A DNA stretch of 64,000 nucleotides from Candidatus Poribacteria bacterium (GCA_003635195.1 PYIY01000195.1:13961-77960); one strand, 5' to 3'. Shown: positions 19,051 through 28,789, counted from the first letter of the stretch. Made by a program: numbers and translations. Notes: generated by a model from the letters alone, not told the origin.

Positions 19051-20889
19051 TTAGTCTCCACTTGTTGCGGGTGCGTGTTCAGGTTGTGCCTGCGGGATCC
19101 AATCAGATTCTTCACCGGGTACACTATATTCATAGGGACCGCGGTAGACAGTAGGGATTTGACCGAAGTTGCCGTGTGGTACGGGTGTAGGAGCTTCCCA
19201 CTCGAGCGTATTGACCTGCCACGGATTCTGTTCAGCGACTTTCCCTTTGTACATGCTCCAGAAGAAGTTAAAGACGAGTATCAGTTGTGCGAAACCGAGT
19301 GTGAACGCACTCATTGTGATAAAGATGTTCATATCCTCAAAGCTTTGTTCTTGTGTGATTATCTCCACGGCTTCTGCCATCGGGTTAGATATACGCCGCC
19401 GATGCCCACCGACCCCGAGGATATGCATTGGGAAGAATGTGCAATTGAAGGCGATGAACGTCAACCAAAAGTGAATTTTAGAGAGTACATCGTTCATATA
19501 GCGTCCATACATTTTTGGGAACCAGAAGATGATGCCCCCGAAAATAGCGAACAGGCTTCCACCGAACACAACATAGTGAATATGCGCTACAATGAAGTAG
19601 GTATCGTGGATGTAGATATCAACGGGTGTGTTTGCCATGTAGATACCGCTGAGTCCACCGATCACGAACATCGAAACGAAAGCAATACCGTGGAGCATCG
19701 GGGTTGTAAATCGGATTGACCCGCGGAACATTGTTCCAAGCCAGTTAAATGTTTTAATGGCTGAAGGCACCGCAATGAGTATGGTTGTTGTCATGAATAT
19801 AGACCCCAAATCGTCGCGCATACCACTTTGGAACATATGATGTCCCCAGACAATCCATCCCAAAAACGCGATGGCAATCATTGCGTAGACCATGGAACGG
19901 TATCCGAAGATCGGTTTCCGTGAAAAGACGGGAATCAGTTCGGAAGCGATCCCCATTCCGGGCAAGATGAGGATATAGACTTCAGGGTGCCCGAAGAACC
20001 AGAAGAGATGTTGCCAGAGCAGCGGGTCCCCACCGCCTTCCGCGGTTGCAGTGAAGAACGTTGTTCCAGCGAGCCTATCAAAGATGAGAAGCGCGAGAGC
20101 AGAAGACAGTACCGGAAATGCAAGTAGCAAAAGAATCGCGACGATGAAAAGCGACCAGATGACTAACGGCATTCGGAAGAAGGTCATCCCGGGTGCGCGC
20201 ATATTGATAACCGTTGTGATGTAGTTAATAGAGCCGACCAGAGAGGAAAAGCCTTGAATGAGGAGACTGATCGCCCAGAGATTTTGTCCCCATCCGACAC
20301 CTGTCCACTGTGGATCAGCAGAGAGGGGGGCGTAGCCTGTCCATCCGGCTGCAGCGTGTCCGCCAGGCACAAAGAACCCGACTGTCATTAAAACGGCTGC
20401 GAGAACTGCGAGCCAAAAGGAGAGCATGTTGAGAACAGGAAACGCCATGTCCCGTGTTCCGATCATTAACGGGATCAAGAAGTTTCCAAAAGCACCGACC
20501 AAAATTGGAACAACGACGAAAAAGACCATGATAGTGGCATGCATCGTGAACAGCATGTTGTAAAATGCATCCGTCATGACTCCAGCTGGCATATTTACCT
20601 CAATCCATTCCTCTTTTTCAGATTCATAGATGCGTTCCCACATTCTGTCGGCACCGGTGACGACTTCACCATCGTCCATGTACTGTTGCGATACGCCGAT
20701 GATTGGTAGCGGCTTTTCCGGATAGGCGAGTTTCCATCTAAAAAGGAGCGCGAGCCCGCCACCGAGGAAGAACATAATCAGTCCATAGATAAGGAACTGC
20801 TTACCGATTGTCTTGTGGTCGAGCGAAAAGATGTATTTGCTAATAAAACTTTCTTCGTGATGATGTTCCGTATGTCCGTTATCGTGCAT
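19051..20889 (-). CDS. ctaD: Cytochrome c oxidase subunit I (heme-copper oxidase catalytic subunit)
   Basis: 12+ TM with conserved WFFGHPEVYILILP, CuB and heme ligand histidines (HHMF, GG.TG). 612 aa. Confidence 0.95.
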   Translation of the reverse strand: MHDNGHTEHHHEESFISKYIFSLDHKTIGKQFLIYGLIMFFLGGGLALLFRWKLAYPEKPLPIIGVSQQYMDDGEVVTGADRMWERIYESEKEEWIEVNMPAGVMTDAFYNMLFTMHATIMVFFVVVPILVGAFGNFLIPLMIGTRDMAFPVLNMLSFWLAVLAAVLMTVGFFVPGGHAAAGWTGYAPLSADPQWTGVGWGQNLWAISLLIQGFSSLVGSINYITTVINMRAPGMTFFRMPLVIWSLFIVAILLLLAFPVLSSALALLIFDRLAGTTFFTATAEGGGDPLLWQHLFWFFGHPEVYILILPGMGIASELIPVFSRKPIFGYRSMVYAMIAIAFLGWIVWGHHMFQSGMRDDLGSIFMTTTILIAVPSAIKTFNWLGTMFRGSIRFTTPMLHGIAFVSMFVIGGLSGIYMANTPVDIYIHDTYFIVAHIHYVVFGGSLFAIFGGIIFWFPKMYGRYMNDVLSKIHFWLTFIAFNCTFFPMHILGVGGHRRRISNPMAEAVEIITQEQSFEDMNIFITMSAFTLGFAQLILVFNFFWSMYKGKVAEQNPWQVNTLEWEAPTPVPHGNFGQIPTVYRGPYEYSVPGEESDWIPQAQPEHAPATSGD

Positions 20890-20909
20890 CGTTATTATCC
20901 TCCTTCAGC

Positions 20910-21575
20910 CTACTGAGGCCATCTTTCTTGTACCCAAGCATCGTAGTCGGTTTGTGCATGGACGTTGAGATAGCCGCGCATCTCTGAATGTCCGAATCCA
21001 CAGAGTTCTGCGCATGGAATCTCATAACGTCCTGCCTTTTCGGCCTCAAACCAGACGTTGATAAATCGGTTAGGCAATGCATCCTGTTTGAGACGTAATT
21101 GCGGCACAAAAAAGCTGTGGATGACATCCTCAGAGGTTAATCGGATATGCACGACCGCGTTGACTGGTACATGCAATTCGTTTTCCAATTCGAGGTCATC
21201 GTCAGTCCCGAATTCGTTATCGGGCCCGGGATACGTCATATCCCAGTTAAACTGTTTTCCGCTGACCTGGACGACAACATCTGGGTTTTCAGGAAATTGT
21301 GTTGGGGACTTAATCTTATTCCACTGCGGGTAACTGAGCATTGCGAGTACAAAGACAATCACCGTTGTTACCGCTGTCCAGATGATTTCCAGCGTTGTGC
21401 TCCCCTCAATGTAGTGTGCCTTCTTGCCTTCCTGATGTCGATATTTAATTAGGAAAACAATAAGGGTGCCGATTACAAGGATAAACACAACGAGCGTAAG
21501 CCAATAGATAGCGTGAAAGAGGTTATCAACGCCTTGCCCGAACGTTGATACGTTGTCTGGTAGCCAGTGAAGCAT
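20910..21575 (-). CDS. ctaC: Cytochrome c oxidase subunit II (CuA domain, no fused cytochrome c; aa3-type)
   Basis: Two N-terminal TM helices are present. The CuA site H...CAELCGFGHSEM is complete. Confidence 0.9.
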   Translation of the reverse strand: MLHWLPDNVSTFGQGVDNLFHAIYWLTLVVFILVIGTLIVFLIKYRHQEGKKAHYIEGSTTLEIIWTAVTTVIVFVLAMLSYPQWNKIKSPTQFPENPDVVVQVSGKQFNWDMTYPGPDNEFGTDDDLELENELHVPVNAVVHIRLTSEDVIHSFFVPQLRLKQDALPNRFINVWFEAEKAGRYEIPCAELCGFGHSEMRGYLNVHAQTDYDAWVQERWPQ

Positions 21576-21587
21576 CCAGTCCTCCTT

Positions 21588-21720
21588 TTAAGGGTTATCG
21601 GTTGTCAGTTGTCGGTTGTCGGTTAAGAGGTTTTGATGTAACAATTCACGACTTCTTGGCGTGTGCCCCGCTGGGGGAGATCGTTACAAACTGATCCCTG
21701 TAAACCGATAACCGATACCT
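21588..21720. repeat. Hexamer-repeat palindromic element (coxII leader / ABC permease 3' end)
   Basis: gttatcggttgtcagttgtcggttgtcggttaagaggttttgatg ... ctgtaaaccgataaccgatacc. Confidence 0.5.
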
Positions 21721-21722
21721 AT

Positions 21723-22508
21723 TTAATTCCTTTGTGCAGACGCTGTAAGCGTTGCGCCCACGTACGTCAAAATACAAAACAGACCAGTAATCAGTAGAGA
21801 GAGTGTCCAAGGCGTTCCCTCTCCGAAAGCCTTTGCGGTGGTGTCAAGGTAAAGGCTATGTCGAAAAGCCGCAAGCCCATACGTTAACGGATTGAATTTC
21901 ATTGTCCATGCTAACCAACCGGGTACGCCAGTACTCGGGAAAAACGCGCCAGAGAGAAGCCAAATCGGAATGAGTAAGAGATTCATAATTGCATGAAACC
22001 CTTGTGTTGAATCCATCCGCCACGCGATCAGTAATCCGAGATTTGTCAGACCAAACGCTAAAAGTGCCATCACACCGAGCGAGAGCAAGAAAGAGGTTAC
22101 GCCAAACCGAATGCCTATCATCGGTGTAAATAGTAGTAGCAACAAACCTTGCAAGAGTGCTAACGTTGTTCCGCCTAACGCCTGTGCGAAGACAATCTGC
22201 CACCTTGGCACAGGTGCGACGAGTACCCCTTGTAAGAAACCTTCGCGCCGATCATTCACAACAGAAATTGTAGCGAAAATGGACGTAAAAAGCAATACTA
22301 AAACGACGATACCCGGATAAAAGTATTCAATATAACTGGGTCCGTCCACTGCCCCAGAAGGTTGAAAAGAGGCACTTAAACCACTTCCGATGAGAATCCA
22401 AAAAACCAATGGTTGCGCAATAGCACTGAAGAGTCGACTCCGTTGGCGATAAAATCTGATGATTTCGCGCCACCAAATCGTCGTAATAGGCAGCAGAATG
22501 CCCTGCAC
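21723..22508 (-). CDS. ABC-2 type transporter permease
   Basis: 6 TM ABC-2 membrane domain; paired with the upstream ATPase. Confidence 0.8.
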   Translation of the reverse strand: MQGILLPITTIWWREIIRFYRQRSRLFSAIAQPLVFWILIGSGLSASFQPSGAVDGPSYIEYFYPGIVVLVLLFTSIFATISVVNDRREGFLQGVLVAPVPRWQIVFAQALGGTTLALLQGLLLLLFTPMIGIRFGVTSFLLSLGVMALLAFGLTNLGLLIAWRMDSTQGFHAIMNLLLIPIWLLSGAFFPSTGVPGWLAWTMKFNPLTYGLAAFRHSLYLDTTAKAFGEGTPWTLSLLITGLFCILTYVGATLTASAQRN

Positions 22509-22511
22509 GAA

Positions 22512-22650
22512 ATACTTCCTTTAATAGTTGTCGGCTGTCGGTTATCAGCCATCAGTTAAAGAGTGGTTCGTAACATTTTGCCCCAACTTGGAGTCCTTCA
22601 GAGAGGGGTAAATTGTCGCATCAAAGCCTCTTAGCCGACAGCTGACAACT
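22512..22650. repeat. Hexamer-repeat palindromic element between ABC ATPase and permease
   Basis: tagttgtcggctgtcggttatcagccatcagttaaagag ... cttagccgacagctgacaactattgg. Confidence 0.5.
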
Positions 22651-23629
22651 ATTGGACGAACGGATTTCCTGTCAACTTTACGAAAACATCCTCCAGTGTC
22701 GGTTTGCCAAGTCGAACGGATTGAATTTCATCAGGAAAAGCAGCGACCACATCCCGAACAAATTCATGTCCATGTTTACACTCAACGCGCAGTCGGTTAT
22801 CAGCGAATACGGTTGAAACACCGAACCTTTCGGCAATAGTGGTCCCAAGGGTTTCATTGTCTACACCCTCTATGAGGATAACATCACCACCCACTTGGTT
22901 TTTGAGTTCATCAGGTTGACCGAGAGCAACCAATTGACCTACATCCAAAATGCCGATCCGATTGCATGCCTCGGCATCATCCAAGAGATGTGTTGTCAGC
23001 AAAACGAGGATATTCTCTGCCTGTGCAGTTGTCCTGAGGTAATCGTTAAGTTGTCGCCGTGCGGTCACATCCAACCCACTGGTCGGTTCATCAAGGAGTA
23101 GAACGCGAGGGGAATGGAGCAAGGCTTTCGCGATTTCAACCCGTCTTTGCAAACCACCGGATAGGATTTCAACTCGCTCTTTTGCCCTATCGGAAACGCC
23201 AAAACGTTCAAGAAGTTCCGCAGTTCGGTAACGTAGGGTCTTACCAGTGAGTCTATATAGATGTCCGTGGTGTTTTAAATTTTCAACGACGGTAAGTTTG
23301 GTATCTAACCCTGGGTGTTGAAAAACGACCCCTAAAAGGTTCCTAATCGCTTTCACCTCGGTAGCTAAATCATGTCCGAGGATACGAACAGTGCCAGTGG
23401 TTGCTGGCATCAGTGTAGACAGGATTTTAAAAAGGGTCGTTTTCCCACTTCCGTTTGGTCCGAGGAGCCCAAAAATCTCGCCACATGAGACATCAAAACT
23501 TATATTGTCAAGTGCCTGCCGTTGCTGATAAGCATAGGAGAGATTCTCTACCTCAATTCGACTTTCGGAAACCTTCGGCTTTCGGCTTTCAGTATTTATG
23601 GAATGTAAAACATCCGTTTCTACCACCAT
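22649..23629 (-). CDS. ABC transporter ATP-binding protein
   Basis: Walker A GPNGSGKTT, signature LSGGLQRRV and Walker B LLLDEPTSGLD are present. Confidence 0.9.
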   Translation of the reverse strand: MVVETDVLHSINTESRKPKVSESRIEVENLSYAYQQRQALDNISFDVSCGEIFGLLGPNGSGKTTLFKILSTLMPATTGTVRILGHDLATEVKAIRNLLGVVFQHPGLDTKLTVVENLKHHGHLYRLTGKTLRYRTAELLERFGVSDRAKERVEILSGGLQRRVEIAKALLHSPRVLLLDEPTSGLDVTARRQLNDYLRTTAQAENILVLLTTHLLDDAEACNRIGILDVGQLVALGQPDELKNQVGGDVILIEGVDNETLGTTIAERFGVSTVFADNRLRVECKHGHEFVRDVVAAFPDEIQSVRLGKPTLEDVFVKLTGNPFVQ

Positions 23630-23669
23630 GAAAACCTCTTGCTGACCGCTGATCGCCGATTGCTGATGG

Positions 23670-24455
23670 CTACTTCAGTTTCAGCGTGAAATCTTGCGTG
23701 ACAGTGCCGCCGGCCTCTACGGTAACAGCGGCAGGAGCCTCGTTGTTCGTACCACAAGCTTCATGCCAATAGCCGAGCTTATATTCGCCCGCGGGAACAT
23801 CTTCAAGCGTGAATTCACCCTTTTCGTTGGTTACAGCAAAATAGGGGTGTGGTACATAAGCGACCCATGCGGACATCCACCCGTGAATATCGCATTTCAT
23901 GGGCACAGGGCCTTCCGCCTTTTTGACAGCCGCGAGCGGCATTTTCTTCCGGTTTTTTGTCTGCTGTTTGTTAACCGGGGTGTTGATGACACTGAAGATA
24001 TGAACGTTGTGATTAACTCTATCACTATTGAGCATCGTTAGCCGAGTATCAAGCGGAATAATCTGGACGTGAGGTTCAAACCTGCAGCCCTTTTGGTCGA
24101 TTTCTAACTTGGTCTTTTTGTCAAAATCTTTGCCCTCTGAAACATCGATTAGGTAGACGATTGTATTTTTTAAAGCGTTGCCTTCACCGACGACCAGTGA
24201 CTCATCAAACTTCTCCTCAGCCCCACAAACCTTCTGATCTTTGGTGATTTCAAGTTTCTTCATCTCAGGCACGTCCCCTTCAAACTTCACTACACCGCTA
24301 ATCGTGCCGCCATTGTTCACAGCCATGGGTTTATACTTTTTTTCAGGAAATATCAACGTTTCGACTTCGCCTGCATCGGAGTCAGCCGCGAAGACGCTAC
24401 CGACAAAGCAGCACGCGAGAAGTACCGTGAGACTTGCCAACAAATAGGATTTCAT
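23670..24455 (-). CDS. Secreted cupredoxin-like (type 1 copper motif) protein with C-terminal CarboxypepD_reg-like beta-sandwich; paralog of 31570..32319
   Basis: Signal peptide is present. HNVH upstream plus CDIHGWM (C-x2-H-x2-M) forms a blue-copper ligand set. The C-terminal GEFTLEDVPAGEYKLGYWHE is transthyretin/CarboxypepD_reg-like. Confidence 0.6.
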   Translation of the reverse strand: MKSYLLASLTVLLACCFVGSVFAADSDAGEVETLIFPEKKYKPMAVNNGGTISGVVKFEGDVPEMKKLEITKDQKVCGAEEKFDESLVVGEGNALKNTIVYLIDVSEGKDFDKKTKLEIDQKGCRFEPHVQIIPLDTRLTMLNSDRVNHNVHIFSVINTPVNKQQTKNRKKMPLAAVKKAEGPVPMKCDIHGWMSAWVAYVPHPYFAVTNEKGEFTLEDVPAGEYKLGYWHEACGTNNEAPAAVTVEAGGTVTQDFTLKLK

Positions 24456-24467
24456 TTTTTTCTCCTT

Positions 24468-24600
24468 TAATAGCCGTCAGCCATCAGCCTTCGGCTTTCA
24501 GTTAAGAGATTTGTTGTGACAGTAACAGTTAGCATAACCGCTACAAGTTGTTTACTGACTGCTGACTGCTGACAGCCGACAGCCATTGGGATTTACATGT
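24468..24600. repeat. Hexamer-repeat palindromic element
   Basis: tagccgtcagccatcagccttcggctttcagttaagagatttgttg ... ctgactgctgactgctgacagccgacagccattgg. Confidence 0.5.
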
Positions 24601-24602
24601 TT

Positions 24603-26339
24603 TTAGGCATTTTCCGAATTTTTCCGTTGTACGAACGCGCGTAAACCGAAGAGAAAGCCAACAGAGAGCAGTGCGATTAAGGGCGGATAAATGAACCGCT
24701 TTGAAGACGGTACAGGTTCAAGAACAAAAGTATACCAACTTGTTATGACCCGTTTTGTGTCAACATCACCGTTCGCGCCATCCCATGCCGAGAAAGCGAT
24801 CGGCACGAAAACACCGGGTTCAAGTTGCAAGTCCTTTTTGTCGTCGGTCTTTAAGGCGCGTTTCACCCATAATTTGTATTGCCCATCTGTGTAGATGCCT
24901 TGTGCCTTTAATTCGCCTTGTGCTTCCTGAACTTCAGCGTTGTTAATACCTTTGGCGGTGAACTCGGTCACCTGTTCAGGTGCTGAGGCTTTCCAGTGCC
25001 ATAGATAGACCGGTAGCCTCCCGCCCCACAAGAAATAGGGTTTCGGTGCGGTCGGTCCTTGGGGCACTTTCACAGGAAACTGAACTGCCAATGCATCCTC
25101 AAGCGGTTTCCCTGTTGTTTCATCCGTTTCATCGCCGGTTGTCTGTGTCCGGTCATCCCAGATAAAGAGGAAAGCGACCTCTGTGTCGTTGTAAAACGAC
25201 CTGACGTGTACGCCATCGATTGTTGGGTTAAACTGCCGCGGTTCAATGACCACCTGTCCAACGAGCGGGAAATATTTGGCTTCAAACGTTTCCCAAGCAG
25301 CATCATCAATAGGGGGTAGCGCGTCTTGAACGTATTGCGAACGTAGTACGTTATTGCCAATAGCGGGTTCAGGACGCTTTGCCGGCATAAGCGATTTTAC
25401 GTAGTTCGCCAGATGCCAACTCTTTTCATAGACGACTTTCATTGCGTCATTATAGGTCTGTATGTCAGCTGCACTGACCTCACCACCTTCCTTGATGGTG
25501 AGTGCGATGTCAACAGCAGCATCCATTTTTTCGTAAAATTTTCCAGATTCCTCTTCCTCCGCCTCTGTCATCTCGTCTTTATTTTCCAATTCAATGAGGC
25601 GTTTGGATTCTTCAGTCGTTAACCCAAAATTCAGGAAACTATCGCCTTCAAACGCAGGCATTGGTGAACCGGCGATCCCGCCGATAAATCGTTTGAAGAT
25701 GTCTTCAGTGTCTGCGCCGCCTCGGTAATTCCAACCCTGCGTCAGATTTGCGGGCCACGTCTGGAATCCCCAACTATCCTCAAGTGTCGGTGCGGAGGTT
25801 CCATCGCCGCGTCCGACGTTCCCGTGGCATTCAACACAACCGAGTTCAACATAAAGATCCTTTCCAGTTTCGACGCTCTGTTCAGCGTAAGGGATTTTTC
25901 CCGCCAAGGTAATCTGTTTTGGTGGATTTTCACTTTCCTTAAAGCCGTCGTAGAAGGTTTTGATGTAGGCGACGACTTCCCAGCGATCATTCGCACTTAA
26001 GGCAGTATCCCACGGTGGCATAGACGATCCGGGCATCCCATCAGTGATGATGTCAAACAGATCTTGATCCGTTGGGAGTTGCCCAGCTTCGGTAGACCGG
26101 ATTTTATACAACCCGCGTGTGAAATCTCTCGGTTTTGGGAGGAGGTTCTCAGCCGCGGATCCGTCGCCTCTACCTTCAACACCGTGGCAGTGTGCGCAGC
26201 TATCTTCATAAACCTCTTTGCCTTTTTCGGAAGCCTCCGGTGCATTTTGCGTATGCGCAAAGTTAAACACAACAAGTATTCCAAGAAAGGTGAGTAGGAG
26301 AGCAGTTGTTCTGATTCTCATTTTAGTGTGCCTCCCCAA
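24603..26339 (-). CDS. Dihaem c-type cytochrome fused to an EB_dh/DOMON-like haem-binding domain, C-terminal TM anchor
   Basis: Two CxxCH motifs are present (CAHCHG, CVECHG). The C-terminal ~280 aa resemble the ethylbenzene-dehydrogenase-like cytochrome domain. A terminal hydrophobic helix is present. Confidence 0.7.
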   Translation of the reverse strand: MGRHTKMRIRTTALLLTFLGILVVFNFAHTQNAPEASEKGKEVYEDSCAHCHGVEGRGDGSAAENLLPKPRDFTRGLYKIRSTEAGQLPTDQDLFDIITDGMPGSSMPPWDTALSANDRWEVVAYIKTFYDGFKESENPPKQITLAGKIPYAEQSVETGKDLYVELGCVECHGNVGRGDGTSAPTLEDSWGFQTWPANLTQGWNYRGGADTEDIFKRFIGGIAGSPMPAFEGDSFLNFGLTTEESKRLIELENKDEMTEAEEEESGKFYEKMDAAVDIALTIKEGGEVSAADIQTYNDAMKVVYEKSWHLANYVKSLMPAKRPEPAIGNNVLRSQYVQDALPPIDDAAWETFEAKYFPLVGQVVIEPRQFNPTIDGVHVRSFYNDTEVAFLFIWDDRTQTTGDETDETTGKPLEDALAVQFPVKVPQGPTAPKPYFLWGGRLPVYLWHWKASAPEQVTEFTAKGINNAEVQEAQGELKAQGIYTDGQYKLWVKRALKTDDKKDLQLEPGVFVPIAFSAWDGANGDVDTKRVITSWYTFVLEPVPSSKRFIYPPLIALLSVGFLFGLRAFVQRKNSENA

Positions 26340-27099
26340 AGGTTCGTGGCTGATAACCGGTGTAATCAGATAAAAATAGGATAACGTCCCAAATTTCGTC
26401 TTTTGTCAAGTGGTCCTCCCAAATAGGCATTGCTGAATCCCAGGGTGTGCCAGCTGCGGGTAACCCCGGTCCGCCTTTGGCAATCCGCCAGAAAAAGAAA
26501 GATTCCTGGAAGTTAGGAATAATTCCCGGGTCTTGGAAATTAGCGGGTAGCGGCTGGAGATACGGTGCGAAATGCCCCTGCCCATCTAAGTGGTCTCCGT
26601 GGCAGTAAAAGCAATTCTGATGATAGACCCGTCTACCGTTTTCAACATGTGCTTTGAACGCTTCAGGATCATCTTTTTCGTAATGCCGGAAGGGGTTAAC
26701 GACATCTTGCATCGTGCCGATGACCTCATCTTTGTAGGTTAATTCAAGCGGCGGCGATGGGTGTGCGTCACGCGGACTTCCAGGCGGATTCGCTCGCTGT
26801 GCGATAATCGAGTAGGTATAACCGAGTAGCAGGAGCGGGATTAACACCACAAGAACGCGGCGGTGGAGACGGCGTTTGTCATCCACCAACGTTTCAAGGA
26901 TAGGGCGGCGAAACTCTCGAAATAGCGAGTCCTCAACGGAGATATGTACCAAGATTGCGATGACTATCAGCCCCATATACATCGCAATCACGCTACCGGG
27001 TATCGGTACTGAAATGATACCGCCAATGACGAATCGCAGGAAGACCCAAGAACCCACCAGAATTATGAGACATATTGTGAAAAGCGACAACTTTTTCAT
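26323..27099 (-). CDS. Membrane-anchored monohaem cytochrome c (class I)
   Basis: Start MKKLSLF at 27099; the ORF-track extension to 27174 runs through the intergenic repeat. One CFYCHG motif. N-terminal TM helices are present. Confidence 0.75.
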   Translation of the reverse strand: MKKLSLFTICLIILVGSWVFLRFVIGGIISVPIPGSVIAMYMGLIVIAILVHISVEDSLFREFRRPILETLVDDKRRLHRRVLVVLIPLLLLGYTYSIIAQRANPPGSPRDAHPSPPLELTYKDEVIGTMQDVVNPFRHYEKDDPEAFKAHVENGRRVYHQNCFYCHGDHLDGQGHFAPYLQPLPANFQDPGIIPNFQESFFFWRIAKGGPGLPAAGTPWDSAMPIWEDHLTKDEIWDVILFLSDYTGYQPRTFGEAH

Positions 27100-27215
27100 T
27101 CTTTTAATTTTCCTTGCGGTTCGGTCAGGTGAGTTCAGGGTTTGACGTTCCGTGACGTATATCTGAAGAAACACCCAAGCAATACGCAGAAATACCCAAG
27201 CAAAAACACCCTTTC
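27100..27215. repeat. 110-bp intergenic repeat, second copy (see 7955..8062)
   Basis: Near-identical to 7955..8062 (attttccttgcggttcggtcagg...gaagaaacacccaagcaatacgcagaaatacccaagcaaaaacaccctt). Confidence 0.6.
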
Positions 27216-27265
27216 ATTACATTACTGGCTAAGTTTTCTGTTTTTTAACAACTATCCTTTATCTG

Positions 27266-28783
27266 TTATTCCGTGGGAGTCTCACCTGTTTCTTCAGTTA
27301 CTGCTTCTACTGCTTCTGCGGTTGCGCCAGTGAGCGTGCTTAAGAAAGAGAGTAGATTGGTCAAATCTGCGACCGATAAGAGTATCGGGAAGTTTTCAGG
27401 CATCGGCGATGTAACAAGCAACCTCTTGCCAGACGCACGGGTAACGGTAGTTTCATTAAGATCAAGACCATCATATATCTCTTCACTTCCATCAACGATT
27501 AAGACGATCTCGTCCTCTATCGTTCCTGAAACATATTCACCAACAATTTCATCGTCATCAAAAGTGACAACGGTCATCAGGCTTTTGACATCTGTTTTAG
27601 AAAACGTTCGATTTTCCTCACCAACCTTAAGCGTTACGGTTTCATCAGTTTCGGAAATCAATTGACCACTTACGGGTGCATCCGCATCCGCAGGCGTTAG
27701 AGTCAATGTAAAATAGCCCTTCGCTTCCAGATCCGTGAGTTCTTCAATTGGCTCATCATCAAATTCGCTGAATAAGATAGTGTGCTCTTCTTCCACGCCA
27801 TCTGCTGTTTTGGTTCGGACGACGATTTTTTCTTCGTCCTGTGAGACGAGCGTCCCTTGGAAAGTCGTTCCTTTGGCACGAACAGTAACTGCGCCGTAGC
27901 CACTGACAATTTGGGCACCGGGCACAAGGATTGACTCCTCAAGATACCGCATGTCGTTAAAGGCAGCAATTTCAGAGAGATCGGGTGCGGTGACGACTTC
28001 AAAGTCTTCACTTGTTGTTTCACCCGCTGCTGGACTCTCTATCCCTGTTACAGCGTGGCAGGAGATACACGCGGCATCTACAAAGACCTTTTTACCGAGT
28101 TCCGGGTCCCCAGTCAGCAATGGCGGGAGTGCTTCAGCAGTGGCCCCTACGTCCGCTCTATCTATGGGTTCATCAAACGGTGTTGGGTCAATTTCGCCGC
28201 CTTGGCTCTGGAGGTAAGCGATAACTGCTTCAATCTCCAATTTTGAGAGATTGATAGGTGCTTTCCATACCTCTGGCATAATTTTGCCGTAGCCGGGAAC
28301 AAGAAAGTTCGCCGGTTGATACATGGATTCAATCAAATACGCTTTGGCATCCATACCGGGTACACGGGTTGCAGCATTAACGCCGATGTCTGTCAAGTCG
28401 GGACACCTTCCTGGCGGCGCGGAGGTATCCACAGTATGACATGCGCTGCATTGCCCTTTTCCATTAAACACCAGGGCACCCTGCTCAGCGACAGCATCTG
28501 GATCGCTCCAATCCAGTTCAGTTAAATTTACCGCAGTGGAACTTTCGGGGACAAGCCCTGCGACAAAGGCGTAAAACCATATCACGGCAAGTGAGAACGT
28601 CAACAATCGCATGACACTGGTCCATAAGACGATGTTCACAATTACCGCGATCAGAAACCAGACCGACCAAGGGAGTAGATTCTCTGAGGCGATCGGGAAC
28701 GCAGATGCGCCAGCAATATAGGCGATGAAACTCACCACCATTAAAATTAGACTTGCGATTTTTATAAGCGTATTTCTCGACAT
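27266..28783 (-). CDS. Membrane-anchored dihaem cytochrome c
   Basis: 3 N-terminal TM helices. Two haem-binding motifs CSACHTV and CISCHAV. Acidic C-terminal tail. Confidence 0.75.
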   Translation of the reverse strand: MSRNTLIKIASLILMVVSFIAYIAGASAFPIASENLLPWSVWFLIAVIVNIVLWTSVMRLLTFSLAVIWFYAFVAGLVPESSTAVNLTELDWSDPDAVAEQGALVFNGKGQCSACHTVDTSAPPGRCPDLTDIGVNAATRVPGMDAKAYLIESMYQPANFLVPGYGKIMPEVWKAPINLSKLEIEAVIAYLQSQGGEIDPTPFDEPIDRADVGATAEALPPLLTGDPELGKKVFVDAACISCHAVTGIESPAAGETTSEDFEVVTAPDLSEIAAFNDMRYLEESILVPGAQIVSGYGAVTVRAKGTTFQGTLVSQDEEKIVVRTKTADGVEEEHTILFSEFDDEPIEELTDLEAKGYFTLTLTPADADAPVSGQLISETDETVTLKVGEENRTFSKTDVKSLMTVVTFDDDEIVGEYVSGTIEDEIVLIVDGSEEIYDGLDLNETTVTRASGKRLLVTSPMPENFPILLSVADLTNLLSFLSTLTGATAEAVEAVTEETGETPTE

Positions 28784-28789
28784 TATTTT

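Noticed and set aside
19075-19719. Long antisense ORFs inside ctaD, ctaA, the octahaem cytochrome and other genes
   Set aside because: Examples are 19075..19719, 18012..18314 and 34154..34702. They fully overlap strongly supported genes on the opposite strand and lack RBS or conserved motifs. They are GC-skew or codon-bias artefacts.
20910-21575. caa3-type oxidase (cytochrome c fused to subunit II)
   Set aside because: CoxII is only 221 aa with a CuA motif and no CxxCH. The oxidase is therefore called aa3-type with separately encoded cytochromes c.
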